A DNA stretch of 46,019 nt from a virus (Duplodnaviria > Caudoviricetes). The DNA lies in IMG/VR virus record IMGVR_UViG_3300030330_005866, positions 1 to 46,019 of that record; one strand, given 5' to 3'. This document shows, one piece after another, positions 10,444-19,012 of this stretch. How positions within the stretch are numbered: position 1 is the first letter of the stretch; each line of letters begins with the position of its first letter. The translations under genes were made by a program, and so were the position numbers. A model generated the notes under the pieces. That model worked only from the letters and a program-made list of their open reading frames with translations. It did no database searches and had not been told where the DNA came from.

Positions 10444-10800
10444 TTAAAGTGTAAAGTCGGTCTTCTTCGCGTCTGACCGAACCATGCCGTTACGTTTTTT
10501 AGAATAATCTTCTTGAGATTTTTTCAAGATTTTATCCTCACCGTATTTCTGTTTTCTCTTTTCGCTTGCCTCTTTCGAAGCGTCCCAAAGGTCTCCCATA
10601 GTTCCTTTTCTGTTCTCGGTATATTTTAAGAAACCTTCTTCTGTGCCATCGTTGCTACTATCTACAGATGCGTTAGGCTTGGTCCAGACCCTTTGCCATT
10701 CCGTTCCTTCAGAATCAACAAAAACATGAGCATCTTTCATGGATTGCATTACTTCCACTACTTCTCCTGTTTTGGGGTGCTGATATAAATAAAATGGCAT
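10444..10800 (-). CDS. FmdB-like N-terminus hypothetical protein
   Basis: MPFYLYQHPKTGEVVEV start, resembling the FmdB family but without the Cys residues. Confidence 0.6.
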   Translation of the reverse strand: MPFYLYQHPKTGEVVEVMQSMKDAHVFVDSEGTEWQRVWTKPNASVDSSNDGTEEGFLKYTENRKGTMGDLWDASKEASEKRKQKYGEDKILKKSQEDYSKKRNGMVRSDAKKTDFTL

Positions 10801-11909
10801 TAATTAATTATCTCCAAGATTTTATCCAAGCTTTTACCAGTGCTGAAGTCGTCTTGTATTTTTAAGCCTTCGTGATTGACTTTATCCGCTTCAAATCTTT
10901 TGATAGCTTCTTCGCACCCACTCAAGAAATCGTCTTCGTTAAAATCGAAGATTTGCCCTTGGTTAACTGGTCGGCCTTCGTGGAAGAATATTCCATCAAC
11001 CGACGACTTCATGCCACTTGGCTGAATCAAGACCGAGTTTTTGTCATTAGCCCAATCTTTGTAAGCGTGAGCGTCGAGGATTACAGAATGCTTGCCTAAA
11101 CCAACCGACTGAAACTCTGGCAACCCCCAACCTTCGCCACCGGACATTCCGATTACGATATTTCCAGAATTCAAAAAATCATTATATAATTTATTTGTAT
11201 CTAAAAATTTTAAGAAGTTTATATTAAAGTATTTGTTACCTTTTAATGCTTGCCCTATAAGTTCCGAGTTCTGTTTCTCGTTTAAGAACGGGTTCCATAA
11301 TTGGCAATTTAAATAATACTTTTTATTGTTGCCGTATTTTTTGGCCCAAGCTGAAAGTATCTTTGCGTGATTTTTTCTATGTTCGAATTTGCCGCACAAT
11401 GTAAATACAATGCGATCATCTTCAAAATACTTTTTATCTAAAACTTTGAAGTTATGCATATCAAAGCCAAGGGGCGCGTACTCCACATTGTCAGCACCAG
11501 CAGCTTTAAATATGTCGCAAGAATATTTAGACGTTAAAATTACTTTGTTGTTTCTGTTGCAAACCGAAAGCTCGAATTTAGTAGGATTATCCAGTTCGTA
11601 AAAAGACATCAAGAACTGATTATCAGTCAAGGAGTATAAAGACTCTTTGTTTAGATGCCAGAGTTTGAAAGTATTCGAGGTTCTATCGAATCCATCTGTG
11701 ATTCGCCCACATTTAATTTTTAACCACTCCAAAAACTTTCTGTCGTCTTCGTTGTCTTGACTGAAGCCTTGAGTGTGTAGGTCTAGTTTATCTTCGCGAG
11801 CGGATACTATGCAATCCGTGTCACGAACGAAAGCCTCCTTGAGCAGATTTACAGCAACCTGCCCAAAGGAGACCCCGTTTATAGGTAGATCAAAGATCAA
11901 TTGCTGCAT
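10800..11909 (-). CDS. Glycosyltransferase (GT-B, GT4-like)
   Basis: GKFEHRKN and SGGEGWGLPEFQS motifs. Confidence 0.8.
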   Translation of the reverse strand: MQQLIFDLPINGVSFGQVAVNLLKEAFVRDTDCIVSAREDKLDLHTQGFSQDNEDDRKFLEWLKIKCGRITDGFDRTSNTFKLWHLNKESLYSLTDNQFLMSFYELDNPTKFELSVCNRNNKVILTSKYSCDIFKAAGADNVEYAPLGFDMHNFKVLDKKYFEDDRIVFTLCGKFEHRKNHAKILSAWAKKYGNNKKYYLNCQLWNPFLNEKQNSELIGQALKGNKYFNINFLKFLDTNKLYNDFLNSGNIVIGMSGGEGWGLPEFQSVGLGKHSVILDAHAYKDWANDKNSVLIQPSGMKSSVDGIFFHEGRPVNQGQIFDFNEDDFLSGCEEAIKRFEADKVNHEGLKIQDDFSTGKSLDKILEIIN

Positions 11910-12199
11910 TACAGCAAATCTTCTCCTTGAGATGCGGCTTGCGCCGTTTCTACTTGTTGACCTCCGTTGTCAGAGGGTTGAGTCGCGCCTAGAGGCTTGG
12001 ACTCGTACATCCGATAATCAGGTTGGTTATCGGCTGTCTTTTTGTCGTTCCGAAAAACTACGACTTTTCTGGTTTTACCATCGCTGCCAATTACATGGCC
12101 AGCTAGGTATTGCATTCCTCCTTTAGAGGTACGCTTCCAGAGTGCGCCCAGTTCTTCGGATTGTTGTTTGTTACTTGTGTTAGTACTTGTGTTACTCAT
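11909..12199 (-). CDS. DUF736-like putative ssDNA-binding protein
   Basis: ELGALWKRTSK..MQYLAG...KKTADNQPDYR with an acidic tail. Confidence 0.6.
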   Translation of the reverse strand: MSNTSTNTSNKQQSEELGALWKRTSKGGMQYLAGHVIGSDGKTRKVVVFRNDKKTADNQPDYRMYESKPLGATQPSDNGGQQVETAQAASQGEDLL

Positions 12200-12207
12200 G
12201 AATCTCT

Positions 12208-12236
12208 ACCTTAACATATTTTTGATTCGGTGTCAA
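12208..12236 (-). promoter_or_regulatory. sigma70-type promoter (near-leaderless)
   Basis: TTGACA-17 nt-TAAGGT, 8 nt before the ATG at 12199. Confidence 0.65.
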
Positions 12237-12829
12237 ACAAAATCTCTAAATTCTTTACTTTTTATTTTTTTATTTAGAACCGCAACGCCTTTATCGTGCA
12301 AATTTATAGCAGTTTGAATACTTATATTAAGGTTTTTGGCAATATTATTCCAAGTTGTTTTCTTTGAATCCGAAAAATATCTTAATTGAAAAACTTTTTT
12401 TATTCTTTTGTCTTTGAGTTGACTGAGAATGTTTCCGGTAAACTCTCGCAAGTCATTAAAGTTTTCTGTGGGTTGCTCGTCGCAAGTTTTTTTGTCTATG
12501 TGGTAAACGAGTTCTTTTTCTTCTACGCAGACATACCTTTTATTGCTGTTGATTATATTAAGGCAATGATATCTCGTATAATTACCTAACCAAGTAGAAA
12601 ATTTGGTATTTTTATTAGTTTTAAAGGTTTGAGCGGCTTTAAATATGATAAAGCTTTTCTCATCGAGAACGTCGCGTACAGAAACGCCTTTGGTGCTGAG
12701 TGCAGAATTGTATTTTGAGCATATTTTATAGCAAAGCGCGGAATGCTTTTCTATTAATTTTTTGAGGCTCGTTTCACAATTTTCGTTTTGTACTTTTTCC
12801 GTTAGATATAAGTCTTCGTCTGTTTTCAT
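12233..12829 (-). CDS. RNA polymerase sigma-70 family factor
   Basis: Region 2 KFSTWLGNY and C-terminal HTH (VFQLRY...TWNNIAKNLNISIQT). Confidence 0.8.
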   Translation of the reverse strand: MKTDEDLYLTEKVQNENCETSLKKLIEKHSALCYKICSKYNSALSTKGVSVRDVLDEKSFIIFKAAQTFKTNKNTKFSTWLGNYTRYHCLNIINSNKRYVCVEEKELVYHIDKKTCDEQPTENFNDLREFTGNILSQLKDKRIKKVFQLRYFSDSKKTTWNNIAKNLNISIQTAINLHDKGVAVLNKKIKSKEFRDFV

Positions 12830-12878
12830 CCTTTGCCCAAATATAGGACGAAAAAACTTAATTAAATATTTTAAGATT

Positions 12879-13505
12879 TTAAAAAGAAAGTCTACCTTCA
12901 GAGAGAGCGTTAATATCGTCCATAGCCTTGGTAACGAACGGAAATAAAGACTGCCTCCAATCTTCCTGCTTTAATCTAGGCCATTCCACTCTTACATCAG
13001 CTAGTTTCTTGATTTTTGGGTCATTTCTGGCCTCCTCTTCGTTACATGGGGTTACGTAATCTCTCAGCAACGCCCCTTCATGGGGGTCGGGTATTTGGTC
13101 GTACATAGAAACGTGAACTAAAACACCTCCTAATTCCTCTTTGAGCCAATAAATCTCATCTTTTTCGTAATCACAGTATCTTATATCAGTTATAACAGCA
13201 ATATCATTAGAGTTTTTGTATTTCTGTAATTCTTCTGATACTAACTCAATCCAGTGCCTACCTTGGGTCTCGTGCCTTTTTTGCGTAGCATGAAAAACGA
13301 GAAAATCACGAATAATTTCTTTTTCTTCGCGAGAGCAGTTCAAAGCGTCAATGCCGTAATTAGGCAGAGTCCAAGCACTCGCTTCTTTTTTCAAGAGGTC
13401 CGCTAACGCTACCCTCTTGACGCTTCGCGATTTAATAAGTTCTTGAAAAATAGAGAAGAACGTATCCTTTCCTGAACCTGCGACACCCGAAAGACCAATA
13501 ATCAT
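12879..13505 (-). CDS. Deoxynucleoside monophosphate kinase
   Basis: IIGLSGVAGSGKDT, ALADLLK, VITDIRY. Confidence 0.8.
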   Translation of the reverse strand: MIIGLSGVAGSGKDTFFSIFQELIKSRSVKRVALADLLKKEASAWTLPNYGIDALNCSREEKEIIRDFLVFHATQKRHETQGRHWIELVSEELQKYKNSNDIAVITDIRYCDYEKDEIYWLKEELGGVLVHVSMYDQIPDPHEGALLRDYVTPCNEEEARNDPKIKKLADVRVEWPRLKQEDWRQSLFPFVTKAMDDINALSEGRLSF

Positions 13506-13569
13506 TTTTTTATATTATTAAGTTTTTGTTTAAAAATCAAGACGAATTTTAAGTTGTGTATACTTTTTC

Positions 13570-13948
13570 TTTAGAAAAGACACAACACCCCCATCGCTGG
13601 GGGGTTGCTGCTGTGCGACTTTTCTTCGTAGCTCTGTGTTTTTGACATGGATGAGACATTCCACCACACCGCAATTGGATAAAATCCAAAACCAACTACC
13701 CAATTCAAGGCGAGAGAAACCGTTCCACAAAAAACTCTACTTACGTTGGTTCACCTAGCATCTGCTTACGCTGGGGTCACGCTTTGGTAATTAACCAAAT
13801 GTTTTTTGATCGTGTGCGAACACGACCAGCTTATTCACCCATTGGCGGGACAACAGCCAATTGTCCAGTCTACTGCATTCGATTGCCGCAGGGAAAACTC
13901 CTCTGATTTCTCTCAGTGAGCGTAAAAGGGCTTCCTTTTTATAATACG
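13570..13948 (-). ncRNA. Putative unclassified structured ncRNA (about 380 nt)
   Basis: GC-richer intergenic run of hairpins with its own promoter at 13953-13981 and a terminal hairpin plus U-run near 13575-13617. Confidence 0.55.
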
Positions 13949-13952
13949 CATG

Positions 13953-13981
13953 ACCATAACACATTTTTGGTTATCAGTCAA
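13953..13981 (-). promoter_or_regulatory. sigma70-type promoter of the putative ncRNA
   Basis: TTGACT-17 nt-TATGGT with the AAAAAtgTG spacer. Confidence 0.7.
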
Positions 13982-14393
13982 CGTTTTTGTCTAGCAGACT
14001 TTGAACTTTGTAGTGTCTGCAAAGAAGAAGTATATTTTTAATATCTTTTGGAGATAGGTCTGTGGAATCACATCTGTCAAGCTGATCTTCGATTTCGTCG
14101 CAAAATTCGTTGATTACATCGGCTATATCTTTCGCAAGAGCGGCGTTTATTTCTACTTCTTGTTCGTATTGTTCTATTGGCTTAGATAAAACCCAGTATT
14201 CTTTTTCGTGTATCTCGTAGCGGGTAATTAATTTTAATTGTATGAGTTTGTCGAGGCCAGCGCGGACCGCAGCGGTTTCTCTTTCCTTATTCTCTGATAT
14301 TAAAACAATTTTATTAAAATCCTCTTCGATACAGAAAGAATCGTTTTTCAAAAACCACTCAACAAGAGAATTGGATGCATCTAAAACCGTCAT
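13974..14393 (-). CDS. Hypothetical protein
   Basis: Long ORF; probable start MTVLD. Confidence 0.7.
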   Translation of the reverse strand: MTVLDASNSLVEWFLKNDSFCIEEDFNKIVLISENKERETAAVRAGLDKLIQLKLITRYEIHEKEYWVLSKPIEQYEQEVEINAALAKDIADVINEFCDEIEDQLDRCDSTDLSPKDIKNILLLCRHYKVQSLLDKNVD

Positions 14394-14436
14394 ATATAAA
14401 ATACTAAAGAAAAAAGCACTATTGATCAAAAAAAAG

Positions 14437-14465
14437 TTGACTTATTTTAAAAAACATGCTATCAT
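14437..14465 (+). promoter_or_regulatory. sigma70-type promoter at the strand switch (leaderless)
   Basis: TTGACT-17 nt-TATCAT, 6 nt before the ATG at 14472. Confidence 0.75.
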
Positions 14466-14471
14466 ATACTG

Positions 14472-14726
14472 ATGACTAACGAAACAGAAAATGAAAGCGG
14501 GGCGCGGAAAAAGCGCAGAGGAAGACCTAGTTTTGAATTTCCTTGGCCACAGGCAGAGTTCACAGCAGAGCAGATTTATAACTCCTTGGAGAATAAATTA
14601 TCCAGAGTTTCAATTCATTCGAAAATCAATAAGGCGGTATCCAGAGGAGAATTAGCCAAAGTCGGCACAATCAAGCCACGCACGGGGCGTCCTAAATCAG
14701 TATACAAAAGAGTTGATGTCTCTTAG
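14472..14726 (+). CDS. Winged-helix DNA-binding protein
   Basis: FTAEQIY...SRVSIHSKINKAVSRGEL...GRPKSVY wing motif. Confidence 0.65.
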   Translation: MTNETENESGARKKRRGRPSFEFPWPQAEFTAEQIYNSLENKLSRVSIHSKINKAVSRGELAKVGTIKPRTGRPKSVYKRVDVS

Positions 14727-15126
14727 AGTTTCATGGGATCAATACGCCCTTGATCTAGCCAAAGCGGCTTCAAGGCGAAGCGAAGACCCCTATCACAAGG
14801 TAGGGGCTTGTGCTTTGGGGGAAGATAACAGGGTTCTAAGCTTGGGCTATAACGGTCTAATGGCTGGAGCGGATGTTGATGTTGAGTTTTGGAAAGATAG
14901 GGATGCTCGCCGCCCGTACATGATTCACGCAGAAGTGAACTGTTTATCTTTGTTTAAATCTGGAGAATGTAAGACTTTAGCCGTAACACTTTTACCTTGT
15001 TCTTACTGCGCGGCGATGATAGCGGCCTACAAAATACCACGAGTTGTTTATTCCGAAGTTTACAAAAGAGACACAAAAGCTTTAGATATTTTTAAGTTTT
15101 ATAATATAGAATTAATAAAATTATGA
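14713..15126 (+). CDS. dCMP deaminase
   Basis: RSEDPYHKVGA, GYNG, HAEVN, PCSYC zinc motifs. Confidence 0.9.
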   Translation: MMSLRVSWDQYALDLAKAASRRSEDPYHKVGACALGEDNRVLSLGYNGLMAGADVDVEFWKDRDARRPYMIHAEVNCLSLFKSGECKTLAVTLLPCSYCAAMIAAYKIPRVVYSEVYKRDTKALDIFKFYNIELIKL

Positions 15127-15476
15127 TTTTACCTTTGTTAGTAGACTCTTTTACTTGTAGTCTTATCTTTGTATTTGCTCTTGTTGTATGGAATGAAACC
15201 AATGCGATTGTAGAATACGGTAGATTATTTGGTTTGAAATTTTGCGAGTACAAAACTCAAGAAGAGATAGGTATAAAATTCGTAGACTTCTTGGAAATGA
15301 GATACGGAGGCAATTTTTTAATTAAATTGATTTGTTGCCCGATTTGCCTAACAACTTGGCTATCTTTAGCGGCGGCGGTTTATTATGAGAATTATTTAGT
15401 TTTCTTTATTTCTTTTTATGTTACTTTGATGATGTATTTTTCTTTCAAAAAAATAATGTCAATGAGCGATGAATAG
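15123..15476 (+). CDS. Membrane protein with CPxC motif (DUF1360-like)
   Basis: Hydrophobic segments and LICCPICLTTW. Confidence 0.55.
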   Translation: MILPLLVDSFTCSLIFVFALVVWNETNAIVEYGRLFGLKFCEYKTQEEIGIKFVDFLEMRYGGNFLIKLICCPICLTTWLSLAAAVYYENYLVFFISFYVTLMMYFSFKKIMSMSDE

Positions 15477-15765
15477 TAAAACTATAAACTCCCCGAAAGA
15501 ATTAGCGGATTGGTTTAAAAGTAATGAAACGCTACAAAAAGAATTTCCTGCGACTCGCGACTTCATTATGGCTCACGATAATCTAGGAAAAGGCTGTAGC
15601 TGCAAGAAAAACGCAAAATTTAAAAATCTTCATAGAATTTTTTTTCATATTATTTCTATACTAAAGTCTCATGAACCTATTTTATCAGCTTTCAAAGAGT
15701 GTATGGAGATAGATGAATTAATAATTAATATTCCAAATTTTTCAGAACAAGAAATTAAATTATAA
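15469..15765 (+). CDS. Hypothetical protein
   Basis: Operonic ORF containing GCSC. Confidence 0.65.
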   Translation: MNSKTINSPKELADWFKSNETLQKEFPATRDFIMAHDNLGKGCSCKKNAKFKNLHRIFFHIISILKSHEPILSAFKECMEIDELIINIPNFSEQEIKL

Positions 15766-15953
15766 TGAACACCAAAATTATTGAGTTCAATAAAAGAATG
15801 ATCGGCAAGCGTATTCTAGTTGTATCTGAAGAGTACGAAGGCCCAGCCAAAATTGTTGAAGTAATTGACGAAGAGAATTTCTTGGTTCAAACCAAAGATT
15901 CTCAAAAGTTCGAAGTCTCAATGTTCGACATCAGATCGCTAGAAAATGCCTAA
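15765..15953 (+). CDS. Small hypothetical protein
   Basis: Overlapping stop/start coupling. Confidence 0.6.
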   Translation: MNTKIIEFNKRMIGKRILVVSEEYEGPAKIVEVIDEENFLVQTKDSQKFEVSMFDIRSLENA

Positions 15954-16080
15954 AAAAAATAAACAGGCGAAAACTGGAGCGGGGAAAGGTAGTTCTCCAA
16001 GGAACTGTTTTTCTAAAAAATATAAAGATAATTACGAACAAATAAATTGGGGCAACAAGAAAAAGAAAAAAAGCGATTGA
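15946..16080 (+). CDS. Small basic phage protein (44 aa, not in ORF track)
   Basis: MPKKNKQAKTGAGKGSSPRNCFSKKYKDNYEQINWGNKKKKKSD; GKGSxPR...DNYxxIxW pattern. Confidence 0.65.
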   Translation: MPKKNKQAKTGAGKGSSPRNCFSKKYKDNYEQINWGNKKKKKSD

Positions 16081-16105
16081 CATTTCTTAAAAAACATGCT
16101 ATAGT
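16077..16105 (+). promoter_or_regulatory. sigma70-type promoter (leaderless)
   Basis: TTGACA-17 nt-TATAGT with extended -10 TG, 6 nt before the ATG at 16112. Confidence 0.8.
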
Positions 16106-16111
16106 TAATTT

Positions 16112-16471
16112 ATGAAATTGATCGTAGCAACCTTACTAATCGCAGCTTCATTATCCGCAAGCGACAATGGAGAAAATAAACTTAAAATCAAAGCTTTCCA
16201 AGAATTATCTCCAGAGGCTATTCTGGATACTTTCAATCTTCGGTTTCAAGAAAATCAGCTAAACCAATTCGGAACAAGATTTTGGGCTGTAAAAGAAAGC
16301 GATAAAACGGACGAGTATTTATTGTCGGGCTTGGTTCCTTTGTATAACAGAAACTATAAAATTCGCAACAAAAAGATTGGTTGGATTGAATTAAGCTTCT
16401 ATAAACCTCGGCAAAAAACTCACCTTCATTGGCGTTGTTGGAAGGCTAATTATATATTTATTGAAGAATAA
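16112..16471 (+). CDS. Secreted hypothetical protein
   Basis: Signal peptide MKLIVATLLIAASLSA. Confidence 0.7.
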   Translation: MKLIVATLLIAASLSASDNGENKLKIKAFQELSPEAILDTFNLRFQENQLNQFGTRFWAVKESDKTDEYLLSGLVPLYNRNYKIRNKKIGWIELSFYKPRQKTHLHWRCWKANYIFIEE

Positions 16472-16474
16472 TTT

Positions 16475-16574
16475 GAGGCTCGCATCTGCCTCACGCTGGT
16501 CTCTGAGTGCCATGCTGAAAGGTGCGTACCCCGAAACTCAGTAAGGTCGTGCCTCACCTTGAGACAAAGAGGCA
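16475..16574 (+). repeat. Structured repeat element copy C (hexamer TACCCC)
   Basis: Consensus core; divergent 3' module keeps its pairing (loop TGCCTC with GAGGCA). Confidence 0.95.
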
Positions 16575-16630
16575 AACTGTCTCGGTGGCAGTTGACTAGT
16601 AAAAGAGTCAGCGAGTCACACAGACAACCT

Positions 16631-16656
16631 AAACCTCCGTTTTTCGGGGGTTTTTT
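16631..16656 (+). terminator. Intrinsic terminator
   Basis: AAACCTCCG-TTTTT-CGGGGGTTT plus T-run. Confidence 0.7.
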
Positions 16657-16657
16657 G

Positions 16658-16674
16658 TTGGCATAACCGATGCT
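16658..16674 (+). promoter_or_regulatory. Possible sigma54 (-24/-12) promoter of hsp20
   Basis: TTGGCATAACCGATGCT has exact GG-N10-GC spacing, about 14 nt before the ATG at 16688. Confidence 0.5.
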
Positions 16675-16687
16675 GTACAAAGGTATC

Positions 16688-17026
16688 ATGAATAGACTAC
16701 TTACTAATTCACTTTGGGATGTAATGCATCAACTCGATGGCTTTAACTTTGCTGACGGAAAAGATCGTTACTTAAAAGAAACTGAGGATGGTTACTCTTA
16801 CAAAGTAAACATGGCTGGAATCAAAAAAGATAATATAAACATTAAAATAAATGAAAATTTGATTGATGTTTGGGCGGAGCAAGATGGCCACAAATATAGA
16901 TCGTGGGCATATATTCCAAAACAAGCTGACTCTTCAACAGGAAAAGCTAAATACGAAGATGGTCTTTTGACGATATCATTCGATAAAAAAGAAAAACACA
17001 AAACGATTGAATTAAAAATTAATTAG
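16688..17026 (+). CDS. Small heat shock protein (Hsp20/alpha-crystallin)
   Basis: ETEDGY...MAGIKKDNINI...AKYEDGLLTI. Confidence 0.9.
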   Translation: MNRLLTNSLWDVMHQLDGFNFADGKDRYLKETEDGYSYKVNMAGIKKDNINIKINENLIDVWAEQDGHKYRSWAYIPKQADSSTGKAKYEDGLLTISFDKKEKHKTIELKIN

Positions 17027-17086
17027 CTAGTCTCATTGATCGCGGCTTTAGCCGTTTTTTAAAAAAATAACAACAATACTAAAAAA

Positions 17087-17266
17087 ATGGAAAAAACAAT
17101 TACTATTAATACTAATTATGCAAGAATCGCTTTGATGCTACTTGCTTTTAACTTCATTCTTACCGGATACGCAATTAAGACAATTGCGGATTTACCACGA
17201 CAAGGAGAGGTTGAAACCGAAACGGTAGAGCAAGTTGCCTCAAATACAGAAGAAGCCACAGAATAA
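17087..17266 (+). CDS. Small membrane protein (59 aa, not in ORF track)
   Basis: MEKTITINTNYARIALMLLAFNFILTGYAI... one TM segment, followed by a terminator. Confidence 0.6.
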   Translation: MEKTITINTNYARIALMLLAFNFILTGYAIKTIADLPRQGEVETETVEQVASNTEEATE

Positions 17267-17288
17267 ATATAAATAAAATAACACTTTT

Positions 17289-17322
17289 GCCCGTAGTTGT
17301 TTTAGCAATTGCGGGCTTTTTT
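17289..17322 (+). terminator. Intrinsic terminator
   Basis: GCCCGTAGTTG...CAATTGCGGGC plus T6. Confidence 0.8.
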
Positions 17323-17336
17323 GTGTAATACTAGAC

Positions 17337-17498
17337 ATGTACGGAAAACGCATAAACCTAGATGGTCACGGAAAATGGGGAAAATGTATAAAAAATTTAT
17401 GGAAAAAACTTTGGTGTTGCGGGCTTTTGATGTGTGACCCCAAAAAATGTGATTGCAATTGTCACAAAAAATGTAAAAATTGTAAGTGCGACAAATAA
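17337..17498 (+). CDS. Cys/Lys-rich mini protein (53 aa, 10 Cys; not in ORF track)
   Basis: MYGKRINLDGHGKWGKCIKNLWKKLWCCGLLMCDPKKCDCNCHKKCKNCKCDK, preceded by the GTGTAA motif. Confidence 0.55.
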   Translation: MYGKRINLDGHGKWGKCIKNLWKKLWCCGLLMCDPKKCDCNCHKKCKNCKCDK

Positions 17499-17518
17499 TA
17501 TATTAAGGATTTTTAAAA

Positions 17519-18721
17519 ATGGAACTCGACTTCACTCCTCAAATCATAGCAGAAAAAGAGAAAAAAACTCTCAACAAGCCATTTCGTACCCCAAACGGTC
17601 CGAAGAAATTTTCGGTGTACGTAAAAAACGAAAAGGGAAATATCGTAAAAGTAAATTTTGGTGATCCAAATATGGAGATCAAAAGAGACGACCCAGAGCG
17701 TCGAAAAAATTTCCGCGCTCGCCATAATTGCGATAATCCCGGCCCTAAAACAAAAGCCCGCTACTGGTCTTGTAAATTTTGGGAGTCCAACAAGTCGGTA
17801 ACGGACTACCTTAAAAGCTCTGAGAATGATTGGGATGGACAAACTTTTGCCGATATTGATGAGTTAATTGACGCCTATCCGGCCTTGGCTTTTGTGGAAG
17901 AGGAGATTACAGAAGAAGCTGAAGCTGACTGCGGTTGCGAGCATGAAGAGCAAACGGAGGCGGAAAAAGGCCGCGATCACGAGCCAAAGATGTTGGCGGT
18001 TCAATTAATGAAGATTTCAAAACAGGCTGGAGATTTGGCCGAAATGATGAAGTCTATCGACCCTCACACGGATATTGATTCTTGGGTTCAAGATAAAATT
18101 TCTGTTGCAACCCATCACATTGAAGCCGCCTATGATTACATGATGTACAGTGAAATTCAAGAGCCACAAAAAATGATGGACATGAGTGGCGGTATGTATA
18201 AAAAGTACGGAATGCGTAGTTACAAAAAGAATTACGGCTACTACATGAAAAAAACTGGCTACTACATGAAGGAGGCTAAACACTATTCGGATTACGGTTT
18301 GAAAGCGGGTAGTGATATGTCTAAATATGTTTTTAATAATCCCGGCGAAGCTATGAAAAAAGCGAAAGAAATGGGATTAGATAAAATTCACACTCACGAG
18401 ACCGATGATGGTAAAACTATATTTATGCCCGGTCCAAGTCATGAAGTGTTAATGAAGAAGATTAAAGAGATGTCGGCCCACCACTACGACAAAGATTCAA
18501 AAAAGAAAAAGAAAAAGAAAAAATACTCCAAAGCCTCTCCAGATGTAAATGACCACTACTTTAAAACTAAAGAAGAGGCTATGAAGGATGCTAAAAAGCT
18601 CGGCTTAGAAGGCATACATACTCACAAGACAGAAGACGGAGAGACCCTGTATATGGCTGGCCCGAACCATGAAGCTTTCATGAAGCGTCACAAAGAAATT
18701 GTAGAAAAGAAGACAATATAA
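17519..18721 (+). CDS. Mosaic phage protein with internal duplicated His-containing domain
   Basis: N-term VNFGDP...RRKNFRARHNC...ARYWSC module; two copies of EAMKxAKxxGLxxIHTHxTxDGxTxxMxGPxHE. Confidence 0.8.
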   Translation: MELDFTPQIIAEKEKKTLNKPFRTPNGPKKFSVYVKNEKGNIVKVNFGDPNMEIKRDDPERRKNFRARHNCDNPGPKTKARYWSCKFWESNKSVTDYLKSSENDWDGQTFADIDELIDAYPALAFVEEEITEEAEADCGCEHEEQTEAEKGRDHEPKMLAVQLMKISKQAGDLAEMMKSIDPHTDIDSWVQDKISVATHHIEAAYDYMMYSEIQEPQKMMDMSGGMYKKYGMRSYKKNYGYYMKKTGYYMKEAKHYSDYGLKAGSDMSKYVFNNPGEAMKKAKEMGLDKIHTHETDDGKTIFMPGPSHEVLMKKIKEMSAHHYDKDSKKKKKKKKYSKASPDVNDHYFKTKEEAMKDAKKLGLEGIHTHKTEDGETLYMAGPNHEAFMKRHKEIVEKKTI

Positions 18722-18722
18722 A

Positions 18723-19010
18723 ATGGCTCCATTAACAGGATTTACAAACTCAAACTTTCTAAGAAGCGCTATTCACGCGAGTAGCTCTTCTGGTGATTTT
18801 ATGGCTACCGGAGCAGGAGACAACTCCTACCAAAGTCAAATAACAGGGCTGCTAAATTCTGGTAATGCTGTTGACCAAGTTCAACTCAGAGATCACTTGG
18901 GTAGAGAATATTACAGAAAACTAGATACATTTGGTTTAACGCCAACTAACAAAGATACTTTGGACGCTGGCTTTAGACCAACAACTTTTACTGGCCTTTA
19001 CACTTTATAA
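18723..19010 (+). CDS. Hypothetical protein
   Basis: Operonic ORF, 1-nt gap from the upstream stop. Confidence 0.7.
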   Translation: MAPLTGFTNSNFLRSAIHASSSSGDFMATGAGDNSYQSQITGLLNSGNAVDQVQLRDHLGREYYRKLDTFGLTPTNKDTLDAGFRPTTFTGLYTL

Positions 19011-19012
19011 AA

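Noticed and set aside
1356-12947. Numerous plus-strand ORFs in the left arm (and minus-strand ORFs inside right-arm genes)
   Set aside because: Shadow frames opposite well-supported genes.
13530-13950. RNase P RNA, or the 66-aa ORF 13530..13730, in the intergenic region
   Set aside because: CCAGCTTAT resembles the P4 3' strand but no GAGGAAAGTCC partner exists; the ORF has a weak start and lies within hairpins.
16475-16574. Repeat as a hammerhead ribozyme (CTGA...GAAAC)
   Set aside because: The core needs CUGANGA; here it is CUGAGUG, and CUGAGU is paired with ACUCAG by covariation.
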